NCBI GenBank assembly: GCA_963667665.2 | Contig: OY763927.2 | Span: forward strand, 704,001-768,000 | DNA from: Nitrosopumilus sp. | Lineage (GTDB): Archaea > Thermoproteota > Nitrososphaeria > Nitrososphaerales > Nitrosopumilaceae | Direction: 5' to 3' | Length of the DNA: 64,000 nt | In this document: piece by piece, positions 1 through 8,920 of the stretch | How the letters are laid out: every line of letters starts with the position of its first letter | How positions within the stretch are numbered: the first letter of the stretch is position 1 | Position numbers and translations under genes: made by a program | Notes under the pieces: generated by a model | The model's input: only the letters and a program-made list of their open reading frames with translations | Told to the model about the DNA's origin: nothing | Database searches by the model: none

Positions 1-349
1 GAATAACTCTTTTTTCATCATCACGTTTGAATGGATAATGTTCACGACCCATGTATTGTTGTGTAAGTTTGTCTGCATGTTTGTATTCATAATCAGGAAT
101 TAATTCTTCAACAATACCACGAATAGTTGTCATGTCAAGTGGATTATCTTTTGATACAACAGATACTGCAACACGAGGATCACGTAAAACATTTTTGTGT
201 TTTATTCTTCCTTCAGCAGTATTAATCAAGATATAACCATCATCATAGTTTGCCCAAACAGGAGATACTTGTGGAGAACCATCTTTCATAATTGTTGCAA
301 TAAAGACAAGATTTTTTTCAGAAAATAATTTTATTGATTTTTCTTCCAA
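1..349 (-). CDS. PPOX-class F420-dependent oxidoreductase (pyridoxamine 5'-phosphate oxidase family), runs off the window edge
   Basis: Not in the ORF track. Manual translation from TTG at 349: LEEKSIKLFSEKNLVFIATIMKDGSPQVSPVW...INTAEGRIKHKNVLRDPRVAVSV, with the ATxxxDGxPQVSPVW and KxxNxxRDPRVA motifs. Confidence 0.85.
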   Translation of the reverse strand, partial: MEEKSIKLFSEKNLVFIATIMKDGSPQVSPVWANYDDGYILINTAEGRIKHKNVLRDPRVAVSVVSKDNPLDMTTIRGIVEELIPDYEYKHADKLTQQYMGREHYPFKRDDEKRVI

Positions 350-355
350 TACTTT

Positions 356-865
356 TCATCGTTGTTTTTTAGTAGACTTTTCAAGTATGTTAGTCATGGC
401 TCTATTCATAATCTCCATTACCAAATATTGCGAGTATTCTTTAGATTTTTTTCCCTTTGATTTACTAGTTTTAGGCGTCAGACCATTGAGAATCTTTTCA
501 ATTTTTGTTGAAGTGTTGTTGATTAGCTTGGAGTATTTTGAATCAAAATCTTCAGGAGTTTGGAAATCTAATAGCTTAGTTGATGTACCATAATATTTTT
601 TTATAGCGCCTCTTGCTTCTTCAATTTTTACAATTTCAATTAATCCAGATTTTTTAAGGATTCCTAGATGATGGCGAACTGTAGTTAATGCTTTTTTGTA
701 ACCGGCCTTTTTCAAAGCCCTTGTAATCTGATCTGCTGAAAGGGCTTGTCGGTATAAAATTTCCATAATTTTAGCTCGTGAAGGATCTTCAATTGCACGG
801 GCATGTTCTATGCTTGTTGCAACAATACGATTTACACTGATTTGTTTTTCTAATAAGGTAGACAT
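356..865 (-). CDS. ArsR-family winged-HTH transcriptional regulator
   Basis: AIEDPSRAKIMEIL...TTVRHHLGILKKSGLIEI...KKYY wHTH pattern. Confidence 0.85.
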   Translation of the reverse strand: MSTLLEKQISVNRIVATSIEHARAIEDPSRAKIMEILYRQALSADQITRALKKAGYKKALTTVRHHLGILKKSGLIEIVKIEEARGAIKKYYGTSTKLLDFQTPEDFDSKYSKLINNTSTKIEKILNGLTPKTSKSKGKKSKEYSQYLVMEIMNRAMTNILEKSTKKQR

Positions 866-1206
866 ACTAAGATTACCTTTCTATCTGATCTAAAAGATCA
901 TTGTATCATATTTTTTTGTCTAATCGCATTAATTTTTTTTCATTTCTATATTGCTAATTTTGCTATCAATAATATTGTAATTAATACAAGAAATATCATA
1001 ATGCTTTCAACAATATTGGTACCATTACAATATTCATAGAATTAGTAGAATATTTTTGGTAGGGGTTTTAGAAATTTTTTAAAATATCAAAAAATGTATC
1101 TTCAAGAAGTAATGTCACAAAATGACTCATCACGACGCTATTTTGTAAATAGTCAAAAATAAAATTCGAGTTGAATGTTAGCTACTAGTCAACAACAGAT
1201 TAACAA

Positions 1207-2031
1207 TTACAGATGTTTTCCTGAAAGTTTTTCATATGCAATGACATAACGCTCAGTCATTTTTGTAATTATCTCTTGCGGGATTTCTGGTGCTACAGGT
1301 TCTTGCCCAATATCACGTGCATCATCAAATTGTTTTTGATATCCATTAGCAGTTAACCAATCACGTAAAAGTTGTTTGTCATATGCATCTTGAATTTTTC
1401 CTATCTCAAAAGAATCTTTTGGCCATAAACGATACTCATCAGGACCAATTGAATCACCTAATGTAATCTGTCCATTTAAAATTCCAAATTCTAATTTCAA
1501 ATCAGCTAGGATGAACCCAACACCATCAGCAACATCTGCCATTTTTTTATAAATTTCAATTGAAGTTTTTTCTAACCAGTTGTATTGTTCATCAGTAACT
1601 AGATTCATCTCTAATGCTTTTGCTTTGTCAATTGGAATATCATGTTCGGATTTAGTGGTAGGATCAAATATCGGTTCAGGAAGTTTGGCAGCCAATGTGG
1701 TGTCTGTTCCTTCTGGTACTGTTACTTTGCCATTCTTCCATCTATCTACCAAACTTCCATAGAAATAGCCTCTAACAACGCACTCTATTGGAAGCATCTG
1801 CATCTTTTTTACAACAATCTCAGTATCGGATTCACGTAGTACAAAATGGTTTGATACAGATAATTCATTGAACCAAAATTCTGCAAATTTGCACAAAACC
1901 TCACCCTTTCGTGGAATATCTTGTTTGAATTTCACATCATATGCAGAAACTCTGTCTGAGAACTTGAAAAGAATAGTATCATCATCAACATCATAAATGT
2001 CCTTTACTTTACCACTTGTAAGAAACTTCAA
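1207..2031 (-). CDS. purC: Phosphoribosylaminoimidazole-succinocarboxamide (SAICAR) synthase
   Basis: SGKVKDIY, SDRVSAYD, PIECVVRGY, PTTKSEHD, ADLKLEFG, DEYRLW, DKQLLRDW motifs. Confidence 0.97.
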   Translation of the reverse strand: MKFLTSGKVKDIYDVDDDTILFKFSDRVSAYDVKFKQDIPRKGEVLCKFAEFWFNELSVSNHFVLRESDTEIVVKKMQMLPIECVVRGYFYGSLVDRWKNGKVTVPEGTDTTLAAKLPEPIFDPTTKSEHDIPIDKAKALEMNLVTDEQYNWLEKTSIEIYKKMADVADGVGFILADLKLEFGILNGQITLGDSIGPDEYRLWPKDSFEIGKIQDAYDKQLLRDWLTANGYQKQFDDARDIGQEPVAPEIPQEIITKMTERYVIAYEKLSGKHL

Positions 2032-2076
2032 GCAATCATTCTTGATTATGATGGAATTTAACTGATAGTAAAAATA

Positions 2077-2463
2077 TCATGAACCCATCATTCCTACCAT
2101 CTTTGGCATCTCACGATATGCTTTATTCACAAAAATATCATTATCAGCACTAATCATAACAAATTCCATGGGATTATCTGGTGGTGGAGAAAGTATGATT
2201 TTTTGTCCTGCTTTGAGTGTTTTAAGATCTAGAGTATCTCCTGCACCAAAATTCACATGAATATTTGTCAGTGATTGAGAGCCAGTATTTTGTATTGTTA
2301 CTCTTCCCATTACAAACATACTTTGTTTATCTAAAATTGGGTCAACAAAGATACTATATTCTTCAATAGGAATAGATAATTTTACAATGTCTGCACCAAA
2401 AACTACTACCACTAGTACAATTGCACCAATTCCTGCAGCAATAATTACAGTATACTGATTCAC
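2077..2463 (-). CDS. Membrane-anchored hypothetical protein with Ig-like strand pattern
   Basis: N-terminal hydrophobic helix, then VTIQNTGSQSLTNIHV. Confidence 0.65.
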   Translation of the reverse strand: MNQYTVIIAAGIGAIVLVVVVFGADIVKLSIPIEEYSIFVDPILDKQSMFVMGRVTIQNTGSQSLTNIHVNFGAGDTLDLKTLKAGQKIILSPPPDNPMEFVMISADNDIFVNKAYREMPKMVGMMGS

Positions 2464-2554
2464 AAATTGTATATTGTTTTTCTAATAAATAAATAATAAT
2501 TGATAAACAAAAAAATAACATTGAGTATTTTTCACGACTAAATAATGCACTTTT

Positions 2555-2692
2555 TTAATACTTTTTAGGTTTCTTTCTCTTTTTCGTTAATTGTTGTTTT
2601 TGCTTGTATTTCTCAACTCGTTGTTTTGCCCTACCTGACTTCTCTCCTTTTTGTAATCTCCCTGATTTTCTCTTTGCTTTTTTCTTTGTCAT
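2555..2692 (-). CDS. Small, very basic protein (45 aa)
   Basis: Manual translation MTKKKAKRKSGRLQKGEKSGRAKQRVEKYKQKQQLTKKRKKPKKY*; starts 16 bp after the 2709 ORF on the same strand. Confidence 0.5.
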   Translation of the reverse strand: MTKKKAKRKSGRLQKGEKSGRAKQRVEKYKQKQQLTKKRKKPKKY

Positions 2693-2708
2693 TTCAAACC
2701 AACTAACT

Positions 2709-2897
2709 CTAAGAATTGATGAACACCTTTGAGTTTGATACTGTTGTCATCTCAGCCATTTTAATATGTATATTTTCTTTTTTTGAAATCTCTAGCATCT
2801 CATTATGATGTTCTTCTTTCAAATGTATTAAGAATTCTTCTTCTTCAATGTCATTACGTTTGTAATTACAAGATGGAAAGGCACAGTTGAAGTTCAA
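2709..2897 (-). CDS. Small C2H2-type zinc-binding protein
   Basis: C-x4-C...H-x4-H (CAFPSC...HLKEEH). Confidence 0.6.
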   Translation of the reverse strand: MNFNCAFPSCNYKRNDIEEEEFLIHLKEEHHNEMLEISKKENIHIKMAEMTTVSNSKVFINS

Positions 2898-2921
2898 ACC
2901 TCACAACCTACAGGCCTGTGT

Positions 2922-3275
2922 TCATAAATCGAATGTAACATCCAAAAATTCTCCGATTTCCTTAAATGTGAAATTATATGAATCATTGAGTCTTTTTAAA
3001 ATGAGTGATAACTCTGAATTATAACCCCAAGAAAAATCATTTCCAGTAAGATATGGATATACTTTTTCATCTTTAATTCCATGTGATGCCAATATTTGAG
3101 AATGACTTACAAACAATCTTTCTCTACTCAAATGGACAGATGGATCATCACTCTCACAAGCTAATACACCAAGAGCAGACTTACCAATTATTTCTTGTGT
3201 GCCATCTCTAAATTTAATTAAATGTCTAGTTATTTGTGGAGTAGTTGTCTCCATCAATATCTGGCTAATCTTCAT
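2922..3275 (-). CDS. Hypothetical protein
   Basis: 117-aa ORF, first of a tightly packed minus-strand trio. Confidence 0.6.
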   Translation of the reverse strand: MKISQILMETTTPQITRHLIKFRDGTQEIIGKSALGVLACESDDPSVHLSRERLFVSHSQILASHGIKDEKVYPYLTGNDFSWGYNSELSLILKRLNDSYNFTFKEIGEFLDVTFDL

Positions 3276-3506
3276 GATTTATGCATAATAATTATGAATC
3301 AAGTTACATAAGATTGATTACAAAATACAGAATGTTATAACTAATTAACTGAAATGAGAGTATCGCTCTAATTTTGCAAATCCCTCTCAAGGAACTATGT
3401 TTGTCCCAATAACGGTCTGGGTCTGTAAGGATTCAGAATCTACAAGTGTACTATTGACATCTGACAGAAGATCATCTTTAATTAAAATAATAATTTCATA
3501 ACTACG

Positions 3507-3707
3507 TTGACTCGTACTTTATTAACAATTATGACCATATCGTTATTTGCAATTTCATTTATTATGATTTCAGATACACAAACTGCTTTTGCAATTACAT
3601 TCTCAACACCTGCTTCAATAGATACAGGCAGTTCATTATTCATTAAAGATTCAAGAGTAAATGATGATGGTCCTGATGAGAAACCAATGATGTACTATGA
3701 TGAATGA
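3507..3707 (+). pseudogene. N-terminal fragment (signal peptide) of a secreted protein, fused to an unrelated tail
   Basis: MTRTLLTIMTISLFAISFIMISDTQTAFA signal peptide ending in AFA; only about 37 aa of mature sequence follows. Confidence 0.5.
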
Positions 3708-3873
3708 ACATAAGATTAGAACATTACTAGAAGACATCAAAACAGTATATCTTGTAGGTTATCATAAAGACGATCTAGATACTGAAGCAGAAAAATGGGG
3801 TCAAATACAGATCTTAGAATTGATTCTAAAAGACAACATTACAAAATTAGAGGTAACTAACAATGGGATTTGA
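3697..3873 (+). CDS. Small hypothetical protein (58 aa), first gene of the HNH-GIY-YIG-helicase operon
   Basis: Manual translation MMNEHKIRTLLEDIKTVYLVGYHKDDLDTEAEKWGQIQILELILKDNITKLEVTNNGI*; overlaps both neighbours by 11 bp. Confidence 0.55.
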   Translation: MMNEHKIRTLLEDIKTVYLVGYHKDDLDTEAEKWGQIQILELILKDNITKLEVTNNGI

Positions 3874-4201
3874 TAATGAAACTGTAGTTGCTGTATATGA
3901 TAAAACAAATGGCTATTGTTACTATTGTGGAAAAAAATTATCCTTAAAAAATTATGGTAAAGTTGGAAACCATGGTGCATGGGAAATAGATCATAGCAAA
4001 CCAAAGTCAAAAGGTGGTACAGACTATCTCAGAAATTTGGTTGTTGCATGTGTAAGTTGTAACCGAGATAAAAGTGCTAGAGGTGGTTCTGGCTACAAAA
4101 GAAACTTTGAACATGAAACTTTTGGTGGTAGATTGGCTAAAGAATTAGGACTACCTGATGGATTTATGGGATCTTCTAGGAAGAAAAGTGATAGGAGATA
4201 A
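3863..4201 (+). CDS. HNH endonuclease (McrA-like, zinc-binding)
   Basis: CYYCG...EIDHSKPKSKGG...NLVVACVSCNRDK. Confidence 0.92.
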   Translation: MGFDNETVVAVYDKTNGYCYYCGKKLSLKNYGKVGNHGAWEIDHSKPKSKGGTDYLRNLVVACVSCNRDKSARGGSGYKRNFEHETFGGRLAKELGLPDGFMGSSRKKSDRR

Positions 4202-4206
4202 ATGAT

Positions 4207-4596
4207 ATGGAATTAAAATGGAGTAAACCAATTCACTATGGTGGAGATGGAAGTTATGATTGGTCTACATATGATGGAGTTTATGTCATTGCAAAGAAAT
4301 CTGATGATAAATTAAAGGCAATTTATATTGGACAAGGTAATATTGCAGAAAATATGCAAAGACATGAAAGCAAAAATGAACAAAATAACTGTTTGAAAGA
4401 TTTTATGCAAAAGAGAAATAAAGATACCAAAGTATACCATGCTAAAATAATCAATGATGACGATAGAAATAACGCTGAATACACTCTTTTTGTATATTTT
4501 GGAGCCACAGATTTGTTGTGTAATGAAAATACCCCTTATGGAGAATATGTTTATTCATTGAATTTCCCATTTGAGAAAATTGAATTAAATTATTGA
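4207..4596 (+). CDS. GIY-YIG nuclease-fold protein
   Basis: GVYVI-x10-IYIGQGNI...RH...AE...CN. Confidence 0.75.
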   Translation: MELKWSKPIHYGGDGSYDWSTYDGVYVIAKKSDDKLKAIYIGQGNIAENMQRHESKNEQNNCLKDFMQKRNKDTKVYHAKIINDDDRNNAEYTLFVYFGATDLLCNENTPYGEYVYSLNFPFEKIELNY

Positions 4597-4622
4597 AATT
4601 AAATGATTATTGAGGTAACAAA

Positions 4623-6260
4623 ATGCTTTTAGATTATTTCCCAAGTGATAAAAATCCACGTGATGGACAAATACAGATCTTAAAGGAATTGGACACTGCA
4701 CTAAATTCTGGATACAAAAAAATTATCATTTCAGCACCAACAGGAATAGGAAAAAGCTATATCGCAAAAACCATTGCAAACTCTAGAGATTCATCCTTTA
4801 TTGTTACATCTACAAAACAACTACAGGATCAATACATCAAAGATTTTCTAAAGATAAAGAGCATCAAAGGAATGGGGAATTTTGCATGCTATCAGTTGAT
4901 GGATCTAGAGAAAACTGATGATATAAAAAAAGCAATGAAGAAAAATCTGACTTGTGATAAAGGTCAGTGTACAGGCAGAAAAGGAGGAATACCAGTAAAT
5001 TCTTGTGATTACAAATCAAAGAAAGATAAAGATTCGGATGAAAAACAGTGCATCTACTATAAACAAAAAACTGAAGGTCTGGAATTCCCACAAACAATAC
5101 TGAATTATGCCCTTTACTTTCAATTAAAAAAATTCCAAGCATCATCACAAGGGGTTCTAAGAGATATTGGAATTTTTGATGAAGCACATACAATTGAAAA
5201 TGAAATTGTCCGATTTTTGGGATTAGATATTTGGGCAGGATATTTTAGCGATGTGGGAATAGCACCAAGTCGATACAAACTAGATGACATTTCAGAAATA
5301 ATTCGTTTACTTGATGATCTAAGAGAAGGTTATGGTAAAATTCTCATGGAAATGGAAGTAGGATCTTTACAACCAAAAAATTCCCATGAGGCTCAAAACT
5401 ATTCGCGACTTTTGAAGAGATTTGAAAGAATTGTGGATGTAAGAGCAATGATTGACAGTGACAGGGAGAATTTTGTCATTCAGACACCAGAAAATGATAC
5501 TGGAGGAAATTTTAGAAAAGTATCCATAGTTCCAATTGAAATTAGTAACTTTGCAGGAGACTACTTTGATTCTAAATATCAGATATTCTTGTCTGCAACA
5601 ATAGATAATGAAAATTTCTCGAATGGTTTAGGTATGAATGATTGCGCCTTTATTGATATGTCAAAATCTCCGTTTTCAAAAGAGAACAGAGAAATTAAAT
5701 TCTTGAATGTACGACAACTAAGACAATCTTCACCACTTGAAGATAGAATTGCAGTAATAAATCACATGAGTTCATTGTTGGAAAAACACAAAACAGAATG
5801 TGGATTAATTCTAACATCGTCTAAAAAAAGATGTTTTGAGATTCTAAAATATTTGCCAAAGGAACAACATAAAAGGATCCAGATTGCACATTCCGAAAAT
5901 GATGATGGCTCCACTATTGAAGAAATTTTAGAAATTCATAAGAATACCAAAAATGGTGTTTTGTTGTCTTCATCATTATGGCAAGGAGTTGATCTCAAAG
6001 ATGCCTTATCTAGATTTCAAATTATTGAAAAGTGTCCATATCTGTATCTTGGAGACAAACGTGTTATGATCAAGAAGACAAAAGATCCAAATTGGTATCG
6101 CTATCAGACAACAATGAAACTGTTACAAGGGTTTGGACGTAGCATTAGAAGTGAAAAAGATCATGCAGTAACATATGTTCTAGATGGAGCAGTTCAGAAT
6201 TTACTAAGATACAACAAGAATATGGTTCCAGTTGCATATCATGATGTAATTTACAATTAA
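4623..6260 (+). CDS. DinG/XPD-family SF2 helicase with FeS-cluster cysteines (Helicase_C_2)
   Basis: Q motif PRDGQ, Walker A APTGIGKS, KGMGNFAC plus further Cys, DEAH, LSAT, WQGVD, QGFGRSIRSEKD. Confidence 0.92.
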   Translation: MLLDYFPSDKNPRDGQIQILKELDTALNSGYKKIIISAPTGIGKSYIAKTIANSRDSSFIVTSTKQLQDQYIKDFLKIKSIKGMGNFACYQLMDLEKTDDIKKAMKKNLTCDKGQCTGRKGGIPVNSCDYKSKKDKDSDEKQCIYYKQKTEGLEFPQTILNYALYFQLKKFQASSQGVLRDIGIFDEAHTIENEIVRFLGLDIWAGYFSDVGIAPSRYKLDDISEIIRLLDDLREGYGKILMEMEVGSLQPKNSHEAQNYSRLLKRFERIVDVRAMIDSDRENFVIQTPENDTGGNFRKVSIVPIEISNFAGDYFDSKYQIFLSATIDNENFSNGLGMNDCAFIDMSKSPFSKENREIKFLNVRQLRQSSPLEDRIAVINHMSSLLEKHKTECGLILTSSKKRCFEILKYLPKEQHKRIQIAHSENDDGSTIEEILEIHKNTKNGVLLSSSLWQGVDLKDALSRFQIIEKCPYLYLGDKRVMIKKTKDPNWYRYQTTMKLLQGFGRSIRSEKDHAVTYVLDGAVQNLLRYNKNMVPVAYHDVIYN

Positions 6261-6308
6261 TTTTGAGCCAAATTTGAGCATAAATTTTGTGTTTATATGG
6301 TAAAATAG

Positions 6309-7523
6309 TTACCAATAGTTAGTAATAATGGTACATTTTATGCATCAACTGGACAATCAGCAACTAATCCCGATTTCATTGCAACTGTAAACAAATCAAC
6401 AGGTGTTGCAACTGATGAATGTGAAATGGGAGTTACAGGTGCAGGAATTAATCGATTGGGTTATGATTATACAAATGATAGATTGGTTTCATTACAAGAT
6501 ACTAATTTCTCAGACGTTACAACAATAAGTTTCATTACTGATTTATTACCATTATCTTGTGTCACAACTGATATTACTTCTACAACAATAGATCCAGCAT
6601 ATTTACCACAAACAAATACAGGTCATGCTTTCTCAATTGCTTATCATACAGTAGATGATCTTTTCTACACTTTCACTCAACAGCAAGATGGTAAAGATGG
6701 TTATTCAAGTGTAGACCCATCAACAGCAGATTCGACATTCATAAATGGTTACATAACTGCTGATAGTCAGAATCCACCATTAGAAACGATTGTTACAGAA
6801 GCATTTTCAGTAGGGTTTCAATTTATTTTGAGTATTGCACCACCAGGGTCTGCAACAATTACTGCTTGTGGAGGACAGATGATTGAGAATTTAGATGAGG
6901 GAGAAATAATTGATATTACATGTGGCAGCATTATTGTCACGGTAATTAATGGAGATATAGATCTTGTAGTTGTTTCAACTGAAGGTGATTCTGCTGAAGT
7001 TTCTTTAGATACTGCTGATGAATTTTTCTTTGATGATGATACCTTTACACTAGAATCAACTGTAGGAACAGCAGAAGTTACTATTGTAGCAGAAGATGAA
7101 ACAACAACAGAAATTACTCTTGAAGAAGATAATTCAATTACAGTTGATCCTGAAACCACAATTATTACCGCAGATCCAGACAATCCAACTGATGTTGTTA
7201 TAGTAGTAGATGGAGAAGAAGAAACAATTCCACCTGATGAATCAGCCGCATCATCTCCCGAACAAGCAATTCAGAATCTAATTGATGTGACAATTTCTAT
7301 GAATGTACATCAAGGCACTGAAAATAGTCTAATATCAAATCTTGATTCAGCAATTGACAAACTTACTGATACTAATCCAAATAATGATTCAGCTGCATGT
7401 GGACAATTAGGTTCATTTGAAAATAAAGTAGATGCACAAGATGGCAAGAAACTAACTACAGAACAAGCAGAAACACTTAGAGAACTAGTATCTGACATTA
7501 AATCTGCAATAGACTGTATCTAG
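6309..7523 (+). pseudogene. 5'-truncated acidic secreted protein (propeller-like blades, acidic beta-rich region, C-terminal FIMAH-like helical domain)
   Basis: Frame open from 6309 (LPIVSNNGTFYASTGQS...IATVNKSTGVAT), no signal peptide; C-terminus NSLISNLDSA...AACGQLGSFENKVDAQDGKKLTTEQAETL resembles FIMAH. Confidence 0.6.
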
Positions 7524-7536
7524 TTTGGATTTTTAA

Positions 7537-7558
7537 TTTGGGTCTGTAAAGACCCAAA
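7537..7558. repeat. Perfect hairpin TTTGGGTCT-GTAA-AGACCCAAA (terminator or REP-like)
   Basis: 9-bp inverted repeat 14 bp after the 7523 stop; a related hairpin lies at 3416-3437. Confidence 0.6.
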
Positions 7559-7672
7559 CCAGATTTGAAGTAAAAATCAGGACAATATTTTTTGACTAAT
7601 CTTTGAATTTTAAGCCTATGTTATTTGAAATAACATACAGAGTGTAATGTATGAAAATCATATGATTAATTC

Positions 7673-8290
7673 ATGGATAGAAGCATTTCTCTTGTAAAAG
7701 ACGTAATTTTCCATCCTCTTAACAGCTTTAAAGAAATTGCTAGTGATGAAAAATATTCTCACATAGGAATTGGTTTGTTAGTATTTTCAATCATTTATGC
7801 TGCAATACGTGAAATCAATCTTGAATCATCTTCATTTTACGATTCTTCAGGTTATATTATGATTGTGGAAATTTTTAGTATATTCTTAGTTTTTTACTTT
7901 GCAAAAAAATTGGATGGAAAAGGAAAAATTTTAGTATATTTATCAGCATTTGGTTATGCATCAATTCCTCAAATTATAGATTTTATTTTGCTTCCAACTG
8001 TATTTATTTTTGCAAGTATTGCTGGTGTTTCTAATGTAATAGATTCATCAACACTCTCGATAAATGATTTTATTTTTGAGCCATCTGAAATTTATGTTAA
8101 TTATTTTGGAGAATATCTTCCGTATCAACTTTTTTCATATTTCTTTTTTGGATGGTCATTTATTTTAGGAATAATTAGCATAAAACATGTTCATCAAATT
8201 AATTATTTCAAAACAATTATCTCCATAATACTTGGAACTTTTGTTGTTGGTATTGTTGCTGGAATTTTATCAATTTTTTTGATGAGATAA
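7673..8290 (+). CDS. Yip1-family membrane protein
   Basis: VIFHPLNSFKEI, GKGKI..YLSAFGYASIP, W...LGIISIKHVHQI; about 5 TM helices. Confidence 0.8.
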   Translation: MDRSISLVKDVIFHPLNSFKEIASDEKYSHIGIGLLVFSIIYAAIREINLESSSFYDSSGYIMIVEIFSIFLVFYFAKKLDGKGKILVYLSAFGYASIPQIIDFILLPTVFIFASIAGVSNVIDSSTLSINDFIFEPSEIYVNYFGEYLPYQLFSYFFFGWSFILGIISIKHVHQINYFKTIISIILGTFVVGIVAGILSIFLMR

Positions 8291-8341
8291 TTTTTCCAAA
8301 ATTGAATGGTGTATCAATTAGTCTTTGTAGAATTCCTTAAT

Positions 8342-8920
8342 CTATTCTACACAAATTATCAGTGGCTCTATTTTTTCATTACCCTTAATTCCATTAAATC
8401 CACGATCAAATGTTAACAATTCATCACATCCTGTGTCTTTGGCTAATAGGGCATGAAGTATATCTGCAATGAGAATTTGTTTATAGTTACTACTTCTGTA
8501 TTCTTGCCTACAAATACCACATTTGGAATGAAATTTTAGAAAACCTTTACTGTCCACAATCAAATCAAACCCATCGTTTAAGATTGACTGAAAATTTGTC
8601 ATTCTACCTTCTTCAAATTTTATGTTTTTCATGCCTAACAAAATTTTGATGATTTCATCATATGTTTTCTTAGCCTCTGTTCGTACATACTCATCTCGTT
8701 TTTCTTCTTCAACTTGAAGCATTTTTTCTCTTTCTCTACCAATCAGGGTACGTAGTACACCCACCACCTCTGTTAGTGTTAGTGTAGATATGACTCCGAT
8801 GAATTCACCTTCTTCTATTTTTTTAAAAATTTTTTCTGCTTTAGGAAATTGATACTTGTCTTTTTTTGGGCCTACTGCATATGCTATAATGATGTTAGTG
8901 TCTATGTAGATTTTTTTCAA
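8342..8920 (-). CDS. PIN-domain (VapC-like) toxin
   Basis: KIYIDTNIII, ISTLTLTEV, ADILHALLA, LLTFDRGF; 4-bp overlap with the upstream gene. Confidence 0.9.
   Translation of the reverse strand: MKKIYIDTNIIIAYAVGPKKDKYQFPKAEKIFKKIEEGEFIGVISTLTLTEVVGVLRTLIGREREKMLQVEEEKRDEYVRTEAKKTYDEIIKILLGMKNIKFEEGRMTNFQSILNDGFDLIVDSKGFLKFHSKCGICRQEYRSSNYKQILIADILHALLAKDTGCDELLTFDRGFNGIKGNEKIEPLIICVE

Noticed and set aside
1165-1201. Third copy of the 62-kb dyad site (TGAATGTT-N14-AACAGATT)
   Set aside because: Only half of the right arm matches, which is plausible by chance in AT-rich DNA.
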